The position numbers were made by a program, and so were the translations under genes. From Pseudodesulfovibrio mercurii (GTDB lineage Bacteria; Desulfobacterota; Desulfovibrionia; Desulfovibrionales; Desulfovibrionaceae), in contig NC_016803.1 in assembly GCF_000189295.2 (NCBI RefSeq), positions 570,001-602,000 on the forward strand: a stretch of 32,000 nt of DNA, given 5' to 3'. The notes under the pieces are model-generated. The model searched no databases. It saw only the letters and a program-made list of their open reading frames with translations, and was not told the origin of the DNA. The number at the start of each line of letters is the position of its first letter. Within the stretch, counting starts at the first letter, position 1. This document shows positions 1 to 8,829 of this stretch, one piece after another.

Positions 1-25
1 AGTCTGTCTAAATACATGAACATCG

Positions 26-916
26 GTGCGACGTTCGCCCGAAAAGGCCCGCGCACCGCGCATCGCTTCTGAACCCCACGAAAGGAGTCTGGTCTTGGAC
101 GAAGGATCCGACAGTCGATTTCGCAACATTTTCAAGAAAATATTCGGCAACAACGAGCACCAGATAGAGGAACACATCCTCGAGGCCAAGGCCGACGGCG
201 AGCTGGAGAGCCATGAGGTCTCCATGCTCCTGAACGTGCTCGGCCTGGACCAGAAGCTCGTGGAGGAGATCATGGTCCCGCGCACGGACATGGTCTGCGC
301 CGACGCCTCCAGCACCGTCAAGGACGTGGCCGAGCTCATCGTCAATCAGGGCGCCCACTCCCGCATCCCCATCTATCAGGACAACAAGGACCACATCTTC
401 GGCCTGGTCCACGCCAAGGACCTGCTCGAGCCCCTGCTCAACGGCCAGGCGGACCGGTCCGTGGTGGAACTGCTGCGCCCCGCCTTCTTTGTGGCCGAGG
501 ACAAGCCCCTGGACGAGGTCCTGGCCTATTTCAAGAAGGAAAAGCTGCACATGGCCGTCGTCCAGGACGAATACGGCGGGACCTCGGGCATGGTCACCAT
601 GGAGGACGTGCTTGAGGAGATCGTCGGCGACATCTCGGACGAATACGACGAGCAGCGCCCGGACGAGATCCAGGACTATTCGGACGGGACCTTCGTGGTC
701 TCGGGCCGCGCCCCGCTGGAGGACGTCAACCGCAAGTTCGGCCTGGACCTGGAGAGCGAGGAAGTGGACTCCATCGGCGGCTACATGGCCGCCCTGGCCG
801 GGCGCATCCCGGACCCGGGCACGCTGTACACCTTTTCGGGCTGGCGGTTCACGGTCATGGAGGCCGACGAGCGCCAGATCTGGACCATCAAGGTCGAGCC
901 CCTGGGGACCGAGTAG
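26..916 (+). CDS. corC: CBS-pair plus CorC_HlyC-domain protein (CorC/YbeX family, Mg/Co efflux-associated)
   Basis: Translation shows a tandem CBS pair (VEEIMVPRTDMV.., IFGLVHAKDLL..). It is followed by a CorC_HlyC-type C-terminus (MEDVLEEIVGDISDEYD .. FTVMEADERQIWTIKVEP). An alternative in-frame start TTG 95 is preceded by AAAGGAG (81-87). The gene sits directly upstream of lnt, as in the conserved ybeX-lnt arrangement. Confidence 0.85.
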   Translation: MRRSPEKARAPRIASEPHERSLVLDEGSDSRFRNIFKKIFGNNEHQIEEHILEAKADGELESHEVSMLLNVLGLDQKLVEEIMVPRTDMVCADASSTVKDVAELIVNQGAHSRIPIYQDNKDHIFGLVHAKDLLEPLLNGQADRSVVELLRPAFFVAEDKPLDEVLAYFKKEKLHMAVVQDEYGGTSGMVTMEDVLEEIVGDISDEYDEQRPDEIQDYSDGTFVVSGRAPLEDVNRKFGLDLESEEVDSIGGYMAALAGRIPDPGTLYTFSGWRFTVMEADERQIWTIKVEPLGTE

Positions 917-919
917 GCC

Positions 920-2437
920 GTGCTCAAACTGGTGCTTCTCGCGACGTTGGGGGCCTGGATCGGGTTCGCCAACCCGCTGTTCCATTTCCCGCCAGCGGTC
1001 CTCGCTTTCCCCCTGGGGCTGGCCTGGATCGGTCTGCGCGCCGTGTCCGGCGGCCGGGCCTTCCGCTTCGGCTGGCTGGCCGGGACCCTGGCGGCCACGG
1101 GCTGCTTCTACTGGATGGTCATCCCGGTGCAGATCTACGGCGGGCTGCCGTGGTACGTGGCCCTGCCCTGCCCCGTGCTCCTGGCCGGGTTCATCGGCCT
1201 GTATTTCGGCCTGTTCGCCTACGCCATGCATTTCGCGGGCAAGCGCATCGACGGAATGCCCCTCTGCCTGCTGGCCGGGTTCGCCTGGGCGAGCATGGAG
1301 ATGCTCATGGGCTCCGTGTTCTCGGGCTTCCCATGGATGAACCTGTCCTCGGCCTTCGCGGCCTGGCCCTTTGCCGTGCAGGGGGCTTCGGTCATCGGGG
1401 CCTACGGTCTGTCCGGCCTGTACACGGCCCTGGCCGTGGCCCTGCTGCTCTGCGCCACCTATCGCGGGGCCCTGGTCCTGGCCGTTTCCCTGACCGCCCT
1501 GATCGCGGGCTTCGGGTTCTGGCGCGTGTCCGCCTTCGACGTGGGCAAGCTCGACTACATGGTCACCCTGGTCCAGGGCAACGTGGACCAGGGGCAGAAA
1601 TGGGATCGCGCCTACCAGGCGGCGACCGTCCGGAAATACGCCCGGCTGAGCGCCGAGGCCATCGCCCTGCATCACCCCAAGGTGGTCATCTGGCCCGAGA
1701 CGGCCATGCCCTTTTATCTCCAGGAGCCGACCCCCTACCGCAAGGCCCTGGAAACCCTGGTCCATGAGACCGACACCCCGCTCATCACCGGTTCGCCCGC
1801 CTACCGCGTGACCAATACCAAGACCAACGCCTACGTGCTCTACAACCGGGCCTGGCTCATGGACACCCTGGGCCAGACCACCCAGTCCTACGACAAGGAG
1901 CACCTGGTGCCCTTCGGCGAGTACATGCCCCTGGAGGAGTGGATTCCCTTCAAGAAGCTGGTCCAGGCCGCGGGCGACTTCAAGCCGGGCCTGGACAACA
2001 GGCCGCTCAAGCTCAACGGCGTTGCGCTGGGCATGCTCATCTGCTATGAAGCCATCTTTCCGGACCTGGCCCAGCAACAGGTGGAGCGCGGGGCCAACGT
2101 GCTGGTGAACATCAGCAACGACGCCTGGTTCGGCAACACGTCCGCGCCGGGCCAGCACCTCGACCTGGCGACCATGCGGGCCGTGGAACAGGGCCGCTGG
2201 CTGGCCCGCTGCACCAATACGGGCATCTCCGCGTTCATCGACCCGGTGGGCCGCCGGGCCGCCGTGGGCAACCAGTTCCGGGCCGAGAGCCTGAGCATGA
2301 AAATCGCTGCCCTTACGGCCGATACCGTGTATCATCGCATCAACGGCTGGCTCAAGGCGTTCATCCACGTGATGACCGCGGCCGCCTTCGGCTACATTCT
2401 CATTGCGGCCGCACGAAACAAAGGAACCGTTCAATAA
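920..2437 (+). CDS. lnt: apolipoprotein N-acyltransferase
   Basis: GTG start 3 nt after the corC stop. The N-terminus is multi-TM, followed by a CN-hydrolase domain. Catalytic E/K/C contexts are present (VIWPETA, YDKEHLVPFGEY, LICYEAIF). Confidence 0.9.
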   Translation: MLKLVLLATLGAWIGFANPLFHFPPAVLAFPLGLAWIGLRAVSGGRAFRFGWLAGTLAATGCFYWMVIPVQIYGGLPWYVALPCPVLLAGFIGLYFGLFAYAMHFAGKRIDGMPLCLLAGFAWASMEMLMGSVFSGFPWMNLSSAFAAWPFAVQGASVIGAYGLSGLYTALAVALLLCATYRGALVLAVSLTALIAGFGFWRVSAFDVGKLDYMVTLVQGNVDQGQKWDRAYQAATVRKYARLSAEAIALHHPKVVIWPETAMPFYLQEPTPYRKALETLVHETDTPLITGSPAYRVTNTKTNAYVLYNRAWLMDTLGQTTQSYDKEHLVPFGEYMPLEEWIPFKKLVQAAGDFKPGLDNRPLKLNGVALGMLICYEAIFPDLAQQQVERGANVLVNISNDAWFGNTSAPGQHLDLATMRAVEQGRWLARCTNTGISAFIDPVGRRAAVGNQFRAESLSMKIAALTADTVYHRINGWLKAFIHVMTAAAFGYILIAAARNKGTVQ

Positions 2438-3556
2438 TGTTGGAATATCCCGAGCTCAAGGCCGCCTCGGCGGACCTCATCGACCAATACGAATCCCTCT
2501 GGGGGCGTCTTTGACTACGCCGAGACCAAAACGCGCCTCGACGCGATAGAAAAGGAAATCTCCAAACCCGGGGCCTGGGACAATCCCGAGGCCCTGACCC
2601 CGCTGCTCAAGGAAAAGAGCCAGCTCTCCACCAAGCTCGAAATGTATGACGGCCTGTCCGAGGCCAAGGACGACCTGGACGCCTGGCTCGAACTGGCCCA
2701 GGAGGACCCGGACGAGGAATCGCTCAGCGCCCTGAACGCCCAGGTGGCCCTGCTTCGCGAGCGGCTGGCCGGGACCGAGCTGGCGACCATGTTCGCCTTC
2801 GAACACGACAAGGGCGACGCCATCCTCGAAATCCATCCCGGCGCGGGCGGCGTCGAGTCCCAGGACTGGGCCGAGATGCTTCTGCGCATGTACTACCGCT
2901 ACGCCGAGCGCAAGGGGTTCAAGGTCACCCAGCTGGACTACCAGGCGGGCGAGGAGGCGGGGCTCAAGTCCGTGACCCTCCAGATCGAGGGGCTGTTCGC
3001 CTACGGCCTGCTCAAGGGCGAGACCGGCGTGCACCGGCTGATCCGCATCTCCCCCTTCGATTCCTCGGGCAGGCGGCACACCTCGTTCGCCTCGGTGGAC
3101 GTGTACCCGGACATGGACGAGAACATCGAGATCGAGGTCAAGGACGAGGACCTGCGCATCGACACCTTCCGGTCCAGCGGGCCCGGCGGGCAGTCCGTGA
3201 ACAAGACCAGCTCAGCCGTGCGCATCACCCACATCCCCACCGGCATCGTGGCCCAGTGCCAGAACGAGAAATCCCAGCACCGCAACAAGGCCACGGCCCT
3301 GCGGCTGGTCAAGGCCCGGCTCTACGAGCGGGAGCTGAAGAAGATCGAGGAAAGCCGCAGGCAGGACTACCAGGCCAAGGACGCCATCGCCTGGGGCAGC
3401 CAGATACGGACATACACCCTGCAACCGTATCGTTTGGTCAAGGACCACCGATCCAACTGCGAAAGCGGCAACGTGGACGCCTTTCTGGACGGCGATCTGG
3501 ACGAAATGATCCGAAACTACCTATTATTCATCCATGCCCACGGACAAAAGCATTAA
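2437..3556 (+). CDS. prfB: peptide chain release factor 2, expressed through a programmed +1 ribosomal frameshift (join 2437..2511, 2513..3556)
   Basis: ATG 2437 overlaps the lnt stop (TAATG). Frame 0 reads [25 protein letters not shown] then TGA (2512-2514). The +1 frame from GAC 2513 reads [26 protein letters not shown].. and joins ORF 2642..3556. That ORF carries the RF2 SPF motif ([15 protein letters not shown]) and the GGQ motif ([11 protein letters not shown]). Confidence 0.93.
2500..2515 (+). other. RF2 autoregulatory +1 frameshift site (SD-like GGGGG, 3-nt spacer, CTT TGA C)
   Basis: The sequence tGGGGGcgtCTTTGAC has the same architecture as the canonical AGGGGG-N3-CUU UGA C recoding site. 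The downstream frame is offset by exactly +1 from the upstream frame. Confidence 0.9.
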
Positions 3557-4386
3557 ATTCCCCGAGAACGAGCTGGCCTCGGAACTGACCGCGCTCCAGG
3601 AGGAGCTGTGCGAGTTTTCCAAGCAGTCCGGCCGGGATCTCGAACACGCGGTCTGGGTCTTCCGGCTCATCCAGGGGGTCTCCTGCGAGGAGTGGGAGTC
3701 CATCGCCGCCCGGCGCGATCTCGGGCAGTGGCTCTCCCTGCCCATCAACGGCGACGCCTACCCGCAGCTGAAGCGGTTCCAGGAGACCCTGGAGCGGCTT
3801 GCCTACCAGACCGACCACGACCCGCTGACCGGGCTGGCCAATCGGCGCGCCTTCGACCGCATCCTGGACATCGAGATCGAGCGCTCCAAGCGCGCCCGCA
3901 CCCCCCCTCTCCCTGGCCATCTTCGACCTGGACGACTTCAAGCGCATCAACGACACCTACGGCCACCAGAAGGGGGACGAGGTCCTGAGCACCTTTGCCG
4001 GGCACCTCAAGGCGCACACCCGGCGCTACGACCTGGCGGCCCGCTTCGGCGGCGAGGAGTTCGCCCTGATCATGGCCGGGTCCGGCCTGGTCCGGGCCCA
4101 GCGGCTCCTGGCACGGCTTCTCCAGGAGTTCAGGGAGATCGAATTCACCACCCCGGACGGCGACGGGACCTTCCACGTCACCTGCTCCGTGGGCCTGACC
4201 TGCTACAAGGGCAGCGTGAACATCACGGACAGGGAACTGATCGAACTGGCCGACGGCGCGCTCTACGAGGCCAAGGGTGCCGGCAAGGATCAGATCAAGG
4301 TCTCCAGGCTCGCCTTTGCGGACAACGTCCCCAGCGAGACCCTGGTGCACGCCAACGAAAAGCAGTTCCTGTTCGGCGGGAAATAA
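3534..4386 (+). pseudogene. GGDEF-domain diguanylate cyclase split by a 1-nt frameshift at a C7 homopolymer (3901-3907). It could be a true pseudogene, a slippage variant or a sequencing error.
   Basis: The frame from ATG 3534 reads ..LAYQTDHDPLTGLANRRAFDRILDIEIERSKRARTP and then becomes nonsense. The +1 frame from 3907 reads LSLAIFDLDDFKRINDTYGHQKGDEVL..HTRRYDLAARFGGEEFALIMAG.. with no stop until 4386. This carries a GGEEF active site and an RxxD I-site 5 residues upstream. Removing one C from the run restores a 283-aa protein. Confidence 0.75.
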
Positions 4387-4398
4387 CGGAGACGGACA

Positions 4399-5208
4399 AT
4401 GAACCACAACAATACACTCAGTCTCTCGATCATGAGCGGCAAGGGCGGTGTCGGCAAGACCAACATCGTGCTCAACCTGGGCTACGCCCTGCACGCCATG
4501 CACATCACGTCCATGCTCATGGACTGCGACCTCGGCCTGGCCAACCTTGACGTCCTGCTCGGCATCTCCCCGGACCGCAACCTGCACGACCTGCTCCAGA
4601 CCGGCGTGGACGCCGAGGACGTCCTGGTGTCCATCGAGGACGGCTTCGACATGCTCCCGGCCACCAGCGGCGTGCCCGAACTGGTGGAGATGGACGAGGA
4701 CCTCCAGGACATCCTGTTCCGGAAGCTCATCACCCTGGCGGGCGAATACGACTTCCTTATGCTCGACCTCGGCGCGGGCATCAGCCACACGGTCCTGTCC
4801 CTGGCGGCCATGACCCAGCTGCGCGTGGTGGTGGTCACCCCGGAACCGACCTCCCTGACCGACAGCTACGCCATGATCAAGGTCCTGGCCACCCAGCACG
4901 ACGTCCGGGACTTCCTGGTCCTGATCAACCAGGCCACCAGCGCCAAGGAGGCCAAGCAGACCTTCGAGCGGCTCAACGCGGCGTGCATGAATTTCCTGAA
5001 CATCGAGCTGCGCAACCTGGGCTACGTGCACCAGGACCGGACCCTGGTTGAGTCGGTTCGGCGCCAGACCCCACTCTTGAAATTCGCCCCGCAGGCCACG
5101 GCCAGCAAGGATATCGTGGGCATCGCCAAGAAGCTCATTCGGTACCGCGAGGACAACCGGACGCGCATCGGCGGTCGCCCCATTCTGAAAAATTTTCCTT
5201 CGGAATGA
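4399..5208 (+). CDS. MinD/ParA-family P-loop ATPase (FlhG/FleN-like)
   Basis: Deviant Walker A motif SGKGGVGKTN; further family motifs MDCDLGLANLDVLLG and DFLMLDLGAG. GGAG lies upstream of ATG 4399. Confidence 0.85.
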   Translation: MNHNNTLSLSIMSGKGGVGKTNIVLNLGYALHAMHITSMLMDCDLGLANLDVLLGISPDRNLHDLLQTGVDAEDVLVSIEDGFDMLPATSGVPELVEMDEDLQDILFRKLITLAGEYDFLMLDLGAGISHTVLSLAAMTQLRVVVVTPEPTSLTDSYAMIKVLATQHDVRDFLVLINQATSAKEAKQTFERLNAACMNFLNIELRNLGYVHQDRTLVESVRRQTPLLKFAPQATASKDIVGIAKKLIRYREDNRTRIGGRPILKNFPSE

Positions 5209-5225
5209 AATTCGAGAAATAATGG

Positions 5226-5255
5226 TTGACGAAAAGAGTTATTTTTCGGCATAGT
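5226..5255 (+). promoter_or_regulatory. possible sigma-70 promoter for ihfB (TTGACG, 18-nt spacer, CATAGT)
   Basis: Hexamer match in the AT-rich intergenic region about 90 nt upstream of the ihfB ATG. Pattern match only. Confidence 0.3.
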
Positions 5256-5345
5256 TAGTGAGAATTTCTGAACTGATTACTTTTTTGTTACCTCCCAGGG
5301 CCAATTCCGGAACCTGTGGGAAACACACGTTTCAGGGGGAACAGC

Positions 5346-5621
5346 ATGAACAAGAGCGAATTGATCAAGGCTCTGTCAGAACAAAAGAAAATGCACGTTG
5401 ACGAGGCCACCAAGGTGGTCGGCGCCTTCGTGGATTCCGTCAAGGAAGCCCTGCTTCGGGGCGACCGCGTGGAAATCCGGGGTTTTGGCAGCTTCAAGAT
5501 CAAGGACTACGAGGGATACACCGGGCGCAATCCCAAGACCGGGACCGTCGTCCAGGTCCGGCCCAAGAAACTTCCCTTCTTCCGTCCCGGCAAAGAGTTG
5601 AAGGAATACATCAACCAGTAG
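5346..5621 (+). CDS. ihfB: integration host factor beta subunit / HU-family DNA-bending protein
   Basis: MNKSELIKAL.. VEIRGFGSFKIKDYEGYTGRNPKTGTVVQVRPKKLPFFRPGKELK has the IHF-beta-type RGFGSF and PFFRPGKEL signatures. GGGGGA precedes ATG 5346. The longer track ORF from 5316 lacks an SD. Confidence 0.8.
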   Translation: MNKSELIKALSEQKKMHVDEATKVVGAFVDSVKEALLRGDRVEIRGFGSFKIKDYEGYTGRNPKTGTVVQVRPKKLPFFRPGKELKEYINQ

Positions 5622-5622
5622 G

Positions 5623-6483
5623 ATGCGACGACTTTCATACTGCCTGTTTCTGGCGGTCATGGTCCTTGTGTGCGGCGACGCCCGCGCGCAGGGTTCTCTT
5701 TTGACCATCCTTTACTCGGCAAATACGTATGGCACGGTGCGGCCATGCCCGACCTGAGGCGGCAAGACCCTCGGAGGGGTGGCCCGTCGGGCCACGTATT
5801 TTATGGACGTCCCCAAAACGGACGCTCCCTTGCTGCTGGTCTCCGGCGGCTGGGAGTACATCCGTCCCAACGGCAATCCGGGGCTGGCCAAAACCATGGT
5901 CTCCCTGAGTCGGGCCTACAACGCCATGCACTACGATGTGGGACTCCTCACGGCCAGGGAGGCCAAGGCCCTTGCCGGGGACGACGTGCCCCGCTGGCCG
6001 TGGCAGAAGACGGCCGGGGAAGAGCCCTTCACGGTGCGGGAACTGCCGGACGGCCGCAAGGTCGGCTTCCTGCGTTACCCGTCCCTGCCGGACGGGGCCG
6101 ACGCCCCGTCGCCTGAGCTGGCCGCAGAGGTCTCCCGCCGGGTCAAGGCGGAACGGGGCCGGGTGGACCTGCTTATCGGTCTGTGCGACTGGGGCTGGGT
6201 GGCGGAGAACGACTATCTTCGATCCAACCCGGAACAGGTCCCGGACATGCTCTTCGGCAGCGGCGGCGGGTCCGGCATCAACGGACGGGTCCTGGCCGAT
6301 GGCCGGTGCCTGTGGGTCCGGCCCTACGACAGGGGCCGCAGCCTGGTCGAGATAACCGTCCTGCAATGGCCGGAAAGAGAAAATTCATTTGCCTGGGAAG
6401 AGGCGAAGAATTATACCTCGTCTTCCATAGGCATGAACGACGCGATCAAGGACAATCCGGAGATCGGGGCCCTGTTCCAGTAG
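5623..6483 (+). CDS. candidate secreted selenoprotein (CxxU), with a degenerate metallophosphoesterase/5'-nucleotidase-like N-terminal layout. The in-frame TGA at 5755-5757 is read as Sec.
   Basis: ATG 5623 lies 1 nt after the ihfB stop and encodes the signal peptide MRRLSYCLFLAVMVLVCGDARA/QG. The same frame continues as SLLTILYSANTYGTVRPCPT-TGA-GGKTLGGVARRATYFMD.. straight into track ORF 5779..6483. The offset of 156 nt is a multiple of 3. The only interruption is the TGA, which sits in a Cys-x-x-TGA context. Confidence 0.55.
5779..5795 (+). other. SECIS-like hairpin candidate downstream of the in-frame UGA
   Basis: Perfect 7-bp stem GUGGCCC / GGGCCAC with apical GUC. The loop G-U lies about 30 nt 3' of the UGA, within the spacing range used for bacterial SECIS models. 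Confidence 0.4.
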
Positions 6484-6526
6484 GAAGGGCTGCGGATTCG
6501 GGTGGCTACGTATACTTTAGGAGGAG

Positions 6527-7414
6527 ATGACGATGGAATTACGAGGAGCTTTCACCGCTCTCTCGACGCCCTTCAAGGATGGCGAGGTCGACGAATCGAC
6601 CTACCGCGATTTCATTGAATGGCAGATCGAGCAGGGTATCGACGGGCTGGTGCCCTGCGGCACCACCGGCGAAGCGGCGACCATGTCCCACGAGGAACAG
6701 GGACGGGTCATCAAAATCTGCGTGGATCAGACCAAAGGCCGCGTGCCCGTGGTTGCCGGAGCCGGGTCCAACTCCACCAAGGAGGCCATCGAGCTGACCA
6801 AGATGGCCAGGGACGCCGGGGCCGACGCCACCCTGCAGATCACGCCCTACTACAACAAACCGACTCCGGGCGGCCTGGTGGCCCACTTCAAGGCCATCGC
6901 CGACGCGGCCCACATGCCCATGGTCATCTACAACGTGCCCGGCCGGACCGGTCTGAACTGCCTGCCGTCCACGCTGAAGAAGATCAAGGACGCCGTGCCC
7001 GAGGCCATTGCGGTCAAGGAGGCCACCGGCAACCTCTGCCAGGGCGCCGAGGTCGTGGAGCTGTGCGGCCGCGACTTCAAGCTGCTGTCCGGCGACGACT
7101 TCACTTCCCTGCCCCTGCTGGCCGTGGGCGGCGTGGGCGTCATCTCCGTCATTTCCAACATCATGCCCAAGGCCGTGAGCGCCATGTGCAAGGCCTTCTT
7201 CGACAAGGACCACGAGAAGGCCCTGGAACTCAGCCTCAAGATGGCCCCGGTCAACCGGGCCATGTTCATGGAGACCAATCCCATCCCGGTCAAGACCTCG
7301 CTGGCCATGATGGGCATCTTCAAGGACGCGCAGTTCCGCCTGCCCATCGTGCCCCTGCAGGACGAGAACAAACCCAAACTGGAAGCCGTGCTGAAAACTG
7401 CCGGTCTCTTGTGA
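6527..7414 (+). CDS. dapA: 4-hydroxy-tetrahydrodipicolinate synthase
   Basis: Translation LRGAFTALSTPFKDGEVDE..GIDGLVPCGTTGEAATMS..ITPYYNKPT..IYNVPGRTG and overall length are typical of DapA. AGGAGGA is present upstream. ATG 6533 is an alternative start. Confidence 0.93.
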   Translation: MTMELRGAFTALSTPFKDGEVDESTYRDFIEWQIEQGIDGLVPCGTTGEAATMSHEEQGRVIKICVDQTKGRVPVVAGAGSNSTKEAIELTKMARDAGADATLQITPYYNKPTPGGLVAHFKAIADAAHMPMVIYNVPGRTGLNCLPSTLKKIKDAVPEAIAVKEATGNLCQGAEVVELCGRDFKLLSGDDFTSLPLLAVGGVGVISVISNIMPKAVSAMCKAFFDKDHEKALELSLKMAPVNRAMFMETNPIPVKTSLAMMGIFKDAQFRLPIVPLQDENKPKLEAVLKTAGLL

Positions 7415-7421
7415 TATTTGA

Positions 7422-7450
7422 AGGCCTCGGCATGTGCCGGGGCCTTTTTT
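7422..7450 (+). terminator. rho-independent terminator after dapA (first of two)
   Basis: aGGCCtCGGCAtgTGCCGgGGCCt stem-loop followed by TTTTTT. Confidence 0.7.
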
Positions 7451-7467
7451 CGTCATCTCCCGGAAAA

Positions 7468-7493
7468 GGGACGGCCCGCGCCGTCCCTTTTTT
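7468..7493 (+). terminator. second rho-independent terminator (A-tract upstream, T-tract downstream)
   Basis: GGGACGGC-ccgc-GCCGTCCC is a perfect 8-bp stem followed by TTTTTT, and is preceded by AAAA. Confidence 0.7.
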
Positions 7494-7659
7494 GCGTCCG
7501 GCGAATGGCCTCTCGGCCTACTCGGTCTGCCTCCCGGAGGGGCCATGGACGCCCGTGCGGGTCGGCGCTGGACAGGGATGGGGTCTCCGGGGCAGTATGG
7601 CCCGTGCCGCCCGCGACCGGGGCGGCCGAAACCGACAACCGCACGCAGGTGATCCGGGC

Positions 7660-8829
7660 ATGAAGAAACGCTGGCCCAACCCGCAGGATGAACACGGCGA
7701 CATGACGCCCGAAGGAACCGGAGAAGGGGAATCCCATGTGGCCGAGCGGGTCAGGGAGCTGGAGACGGCCCTGGCCGAGAGCCGCCGGATCGGCTCCCGC
7801 TCCTACCGGGGCGAGGCCGCCTCGCTCATCGCGGACCTGTCCACCTTCCTGGCCCTGGCCAATGCCTCCATACCGGGCATCGCCCACATCGTCCTCAATT
7901 ATTCCAAGCTGTTGACCGGCAGCGCCATCGGCTATGTCTCGACCATCGACCTGGAGAGCGGGGACAACATCTGCCATACCCTGACCGCCCTGTTCAGCAC
8001 CGAGTGCCGGATCACGGAGACGAGCAAGAGCGTCATCTTTCCCCGGACCCGGGACGGAGTCTATCCCGGCCTGTGGGGGTACACCCTGAACACGCGCAAG
8101 GGGTTCTACACCAATGAACCGGCCCGCCACGCCTCCTCCATCGGCCTGCCCAACGGTCACTTCGCCCTGAACAACTTTCTGTCGGTTCCGGCCCTGTTCG
8201 AAGGCCGGCTGCTGGGCCAGATCGCGGTGGGCAACGCGCCTGGCGGGTTCGACCAGCAGTCCCTGGAGGACATCGAGCGGCTGGCCACCATCTACGCCCT
8301 GGCCATCGACCGGGCCAACACCGAGAGCCGCCTGCACACCGAGATCGACAAGCGCCGACAGCTGGAACGGGACATGGCCCGGACCAAGGACGGCCCGGCC
8401 GCCAGCATGGCGGAGGCCCATTCGGCCCTGGAACTGCTGCTCAAGCAGAAGGAGCAGGACCGCAAGGAGGCCGAGCGGACCCTCCTGCGCAACATCAAGG
8501 AGCTGGTCACGCCCTACCTGGAAAAGCTCGAACACACGGAGCTGACCGAACGGCAGCGGACCTACGTCTCGATCATCCGGCAGAACGTGGAGGAGATCCT
8601 CTCGCCCTTCCTCTCCAAGGCCAAGGCCATGGACATCTACCTCACACCGCAGGAAATGCAGGTCGCCTCCCTGATCCGCAAGGGGTATCAGACCAAGGAC
8701 ATCGCCGAACTGTTCGCCACCTCCCTGAATTCGGTCAACTTCCACCGCAAGAACATCCGCACCAAGCTCGGCCTGCGCAACCGGAAGATCAATCTCCGCG
8801 CCTTTCTCCTTTCCCTGTCCGAAGAATAA
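7660..8829 (+). CDS. GAF-domain sensor fused to a LuxR/GerE-type HTH transcriptional regulator
   Basis: The C-terminus LTPQEMQVASLIRKGYQTKDIAELFATSLNSVNFHRKNIRTKLGL is a LuxR-type HTH. The central region (..GYVSTIDLESGDN..FLSVPALFEGRLLGQIAVGN..) is GAF-like. Start ATG 7660 was chosen because the upstream part of ORF 6619..8829 overlaps dapA and both terminators; ATG 7702 is also possible. Confidence 0.8.
   Translation: MKKRWPNPQDEHGDMTPEGTGEGESHVAERVRELETALAESRRIGSRSYRGEAASLIADLSTFLALANASIPGIAHIVLNYSKLLTGSAIGYVSTIDLESGDNICHTLTALFSTECRITETSKSVIFPRTRDGVYPGLWGYTLNTRKGFYTNEPARHASSIGLPNGHFALNNFLSVPALFEGRLLGQIAVGNAPGGFDQQSLEDIERLATIYALAIDRANTESRLHTEIDKRRQLERDMARTKDGPAASMAEAHSALELLLKQKEQDRKEAERTLLRNIKELVTPYLEKLEHTELTERQRTYVSIIRQNVEEILSPFLSKAKAMDIYLTPQEMQVASLIRKGYQTKDIAELFATSLNSVNFHRKNIRTKLGLRNRKINLRAFLLSLSEE

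Noticed and set aside
8-2434. 808-aa ORF on the minus strand covering the corC-lnt region
   Set aside because: It is antisense to two genes with clear family signatures. The translation is low-complexity and rich in G, A, R, V and H, which is typical of shadow ORFs in high-G+C DNA. It has no recognisable motifs.
2512-2514. In-frame TGA in prfB as evidence of a pseudogene
   Set aside because: The context is the canonical RF2 +1 frameshift cassette (GGGGG-N3-CTT TGA C), and the downstream frame is exactly +1. This is programmed recoding, not gene decay.
5729-5744. TGGCACG motif resembling a sigma-54 -24 element
   Set aside because: It lies inside the coding frame of the 5623-6483 gene and lacks a TTGC -12 element at the required spacing.
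6619-7659. N-terminal 347 codons of the 736-aa ORF 6619..8829
   Set aside because: This part overlaps dapA in another frame and runs through two rho-independent terminators. The credible gene (GAF-LuxR) begins at ATG 7660 or 7702.
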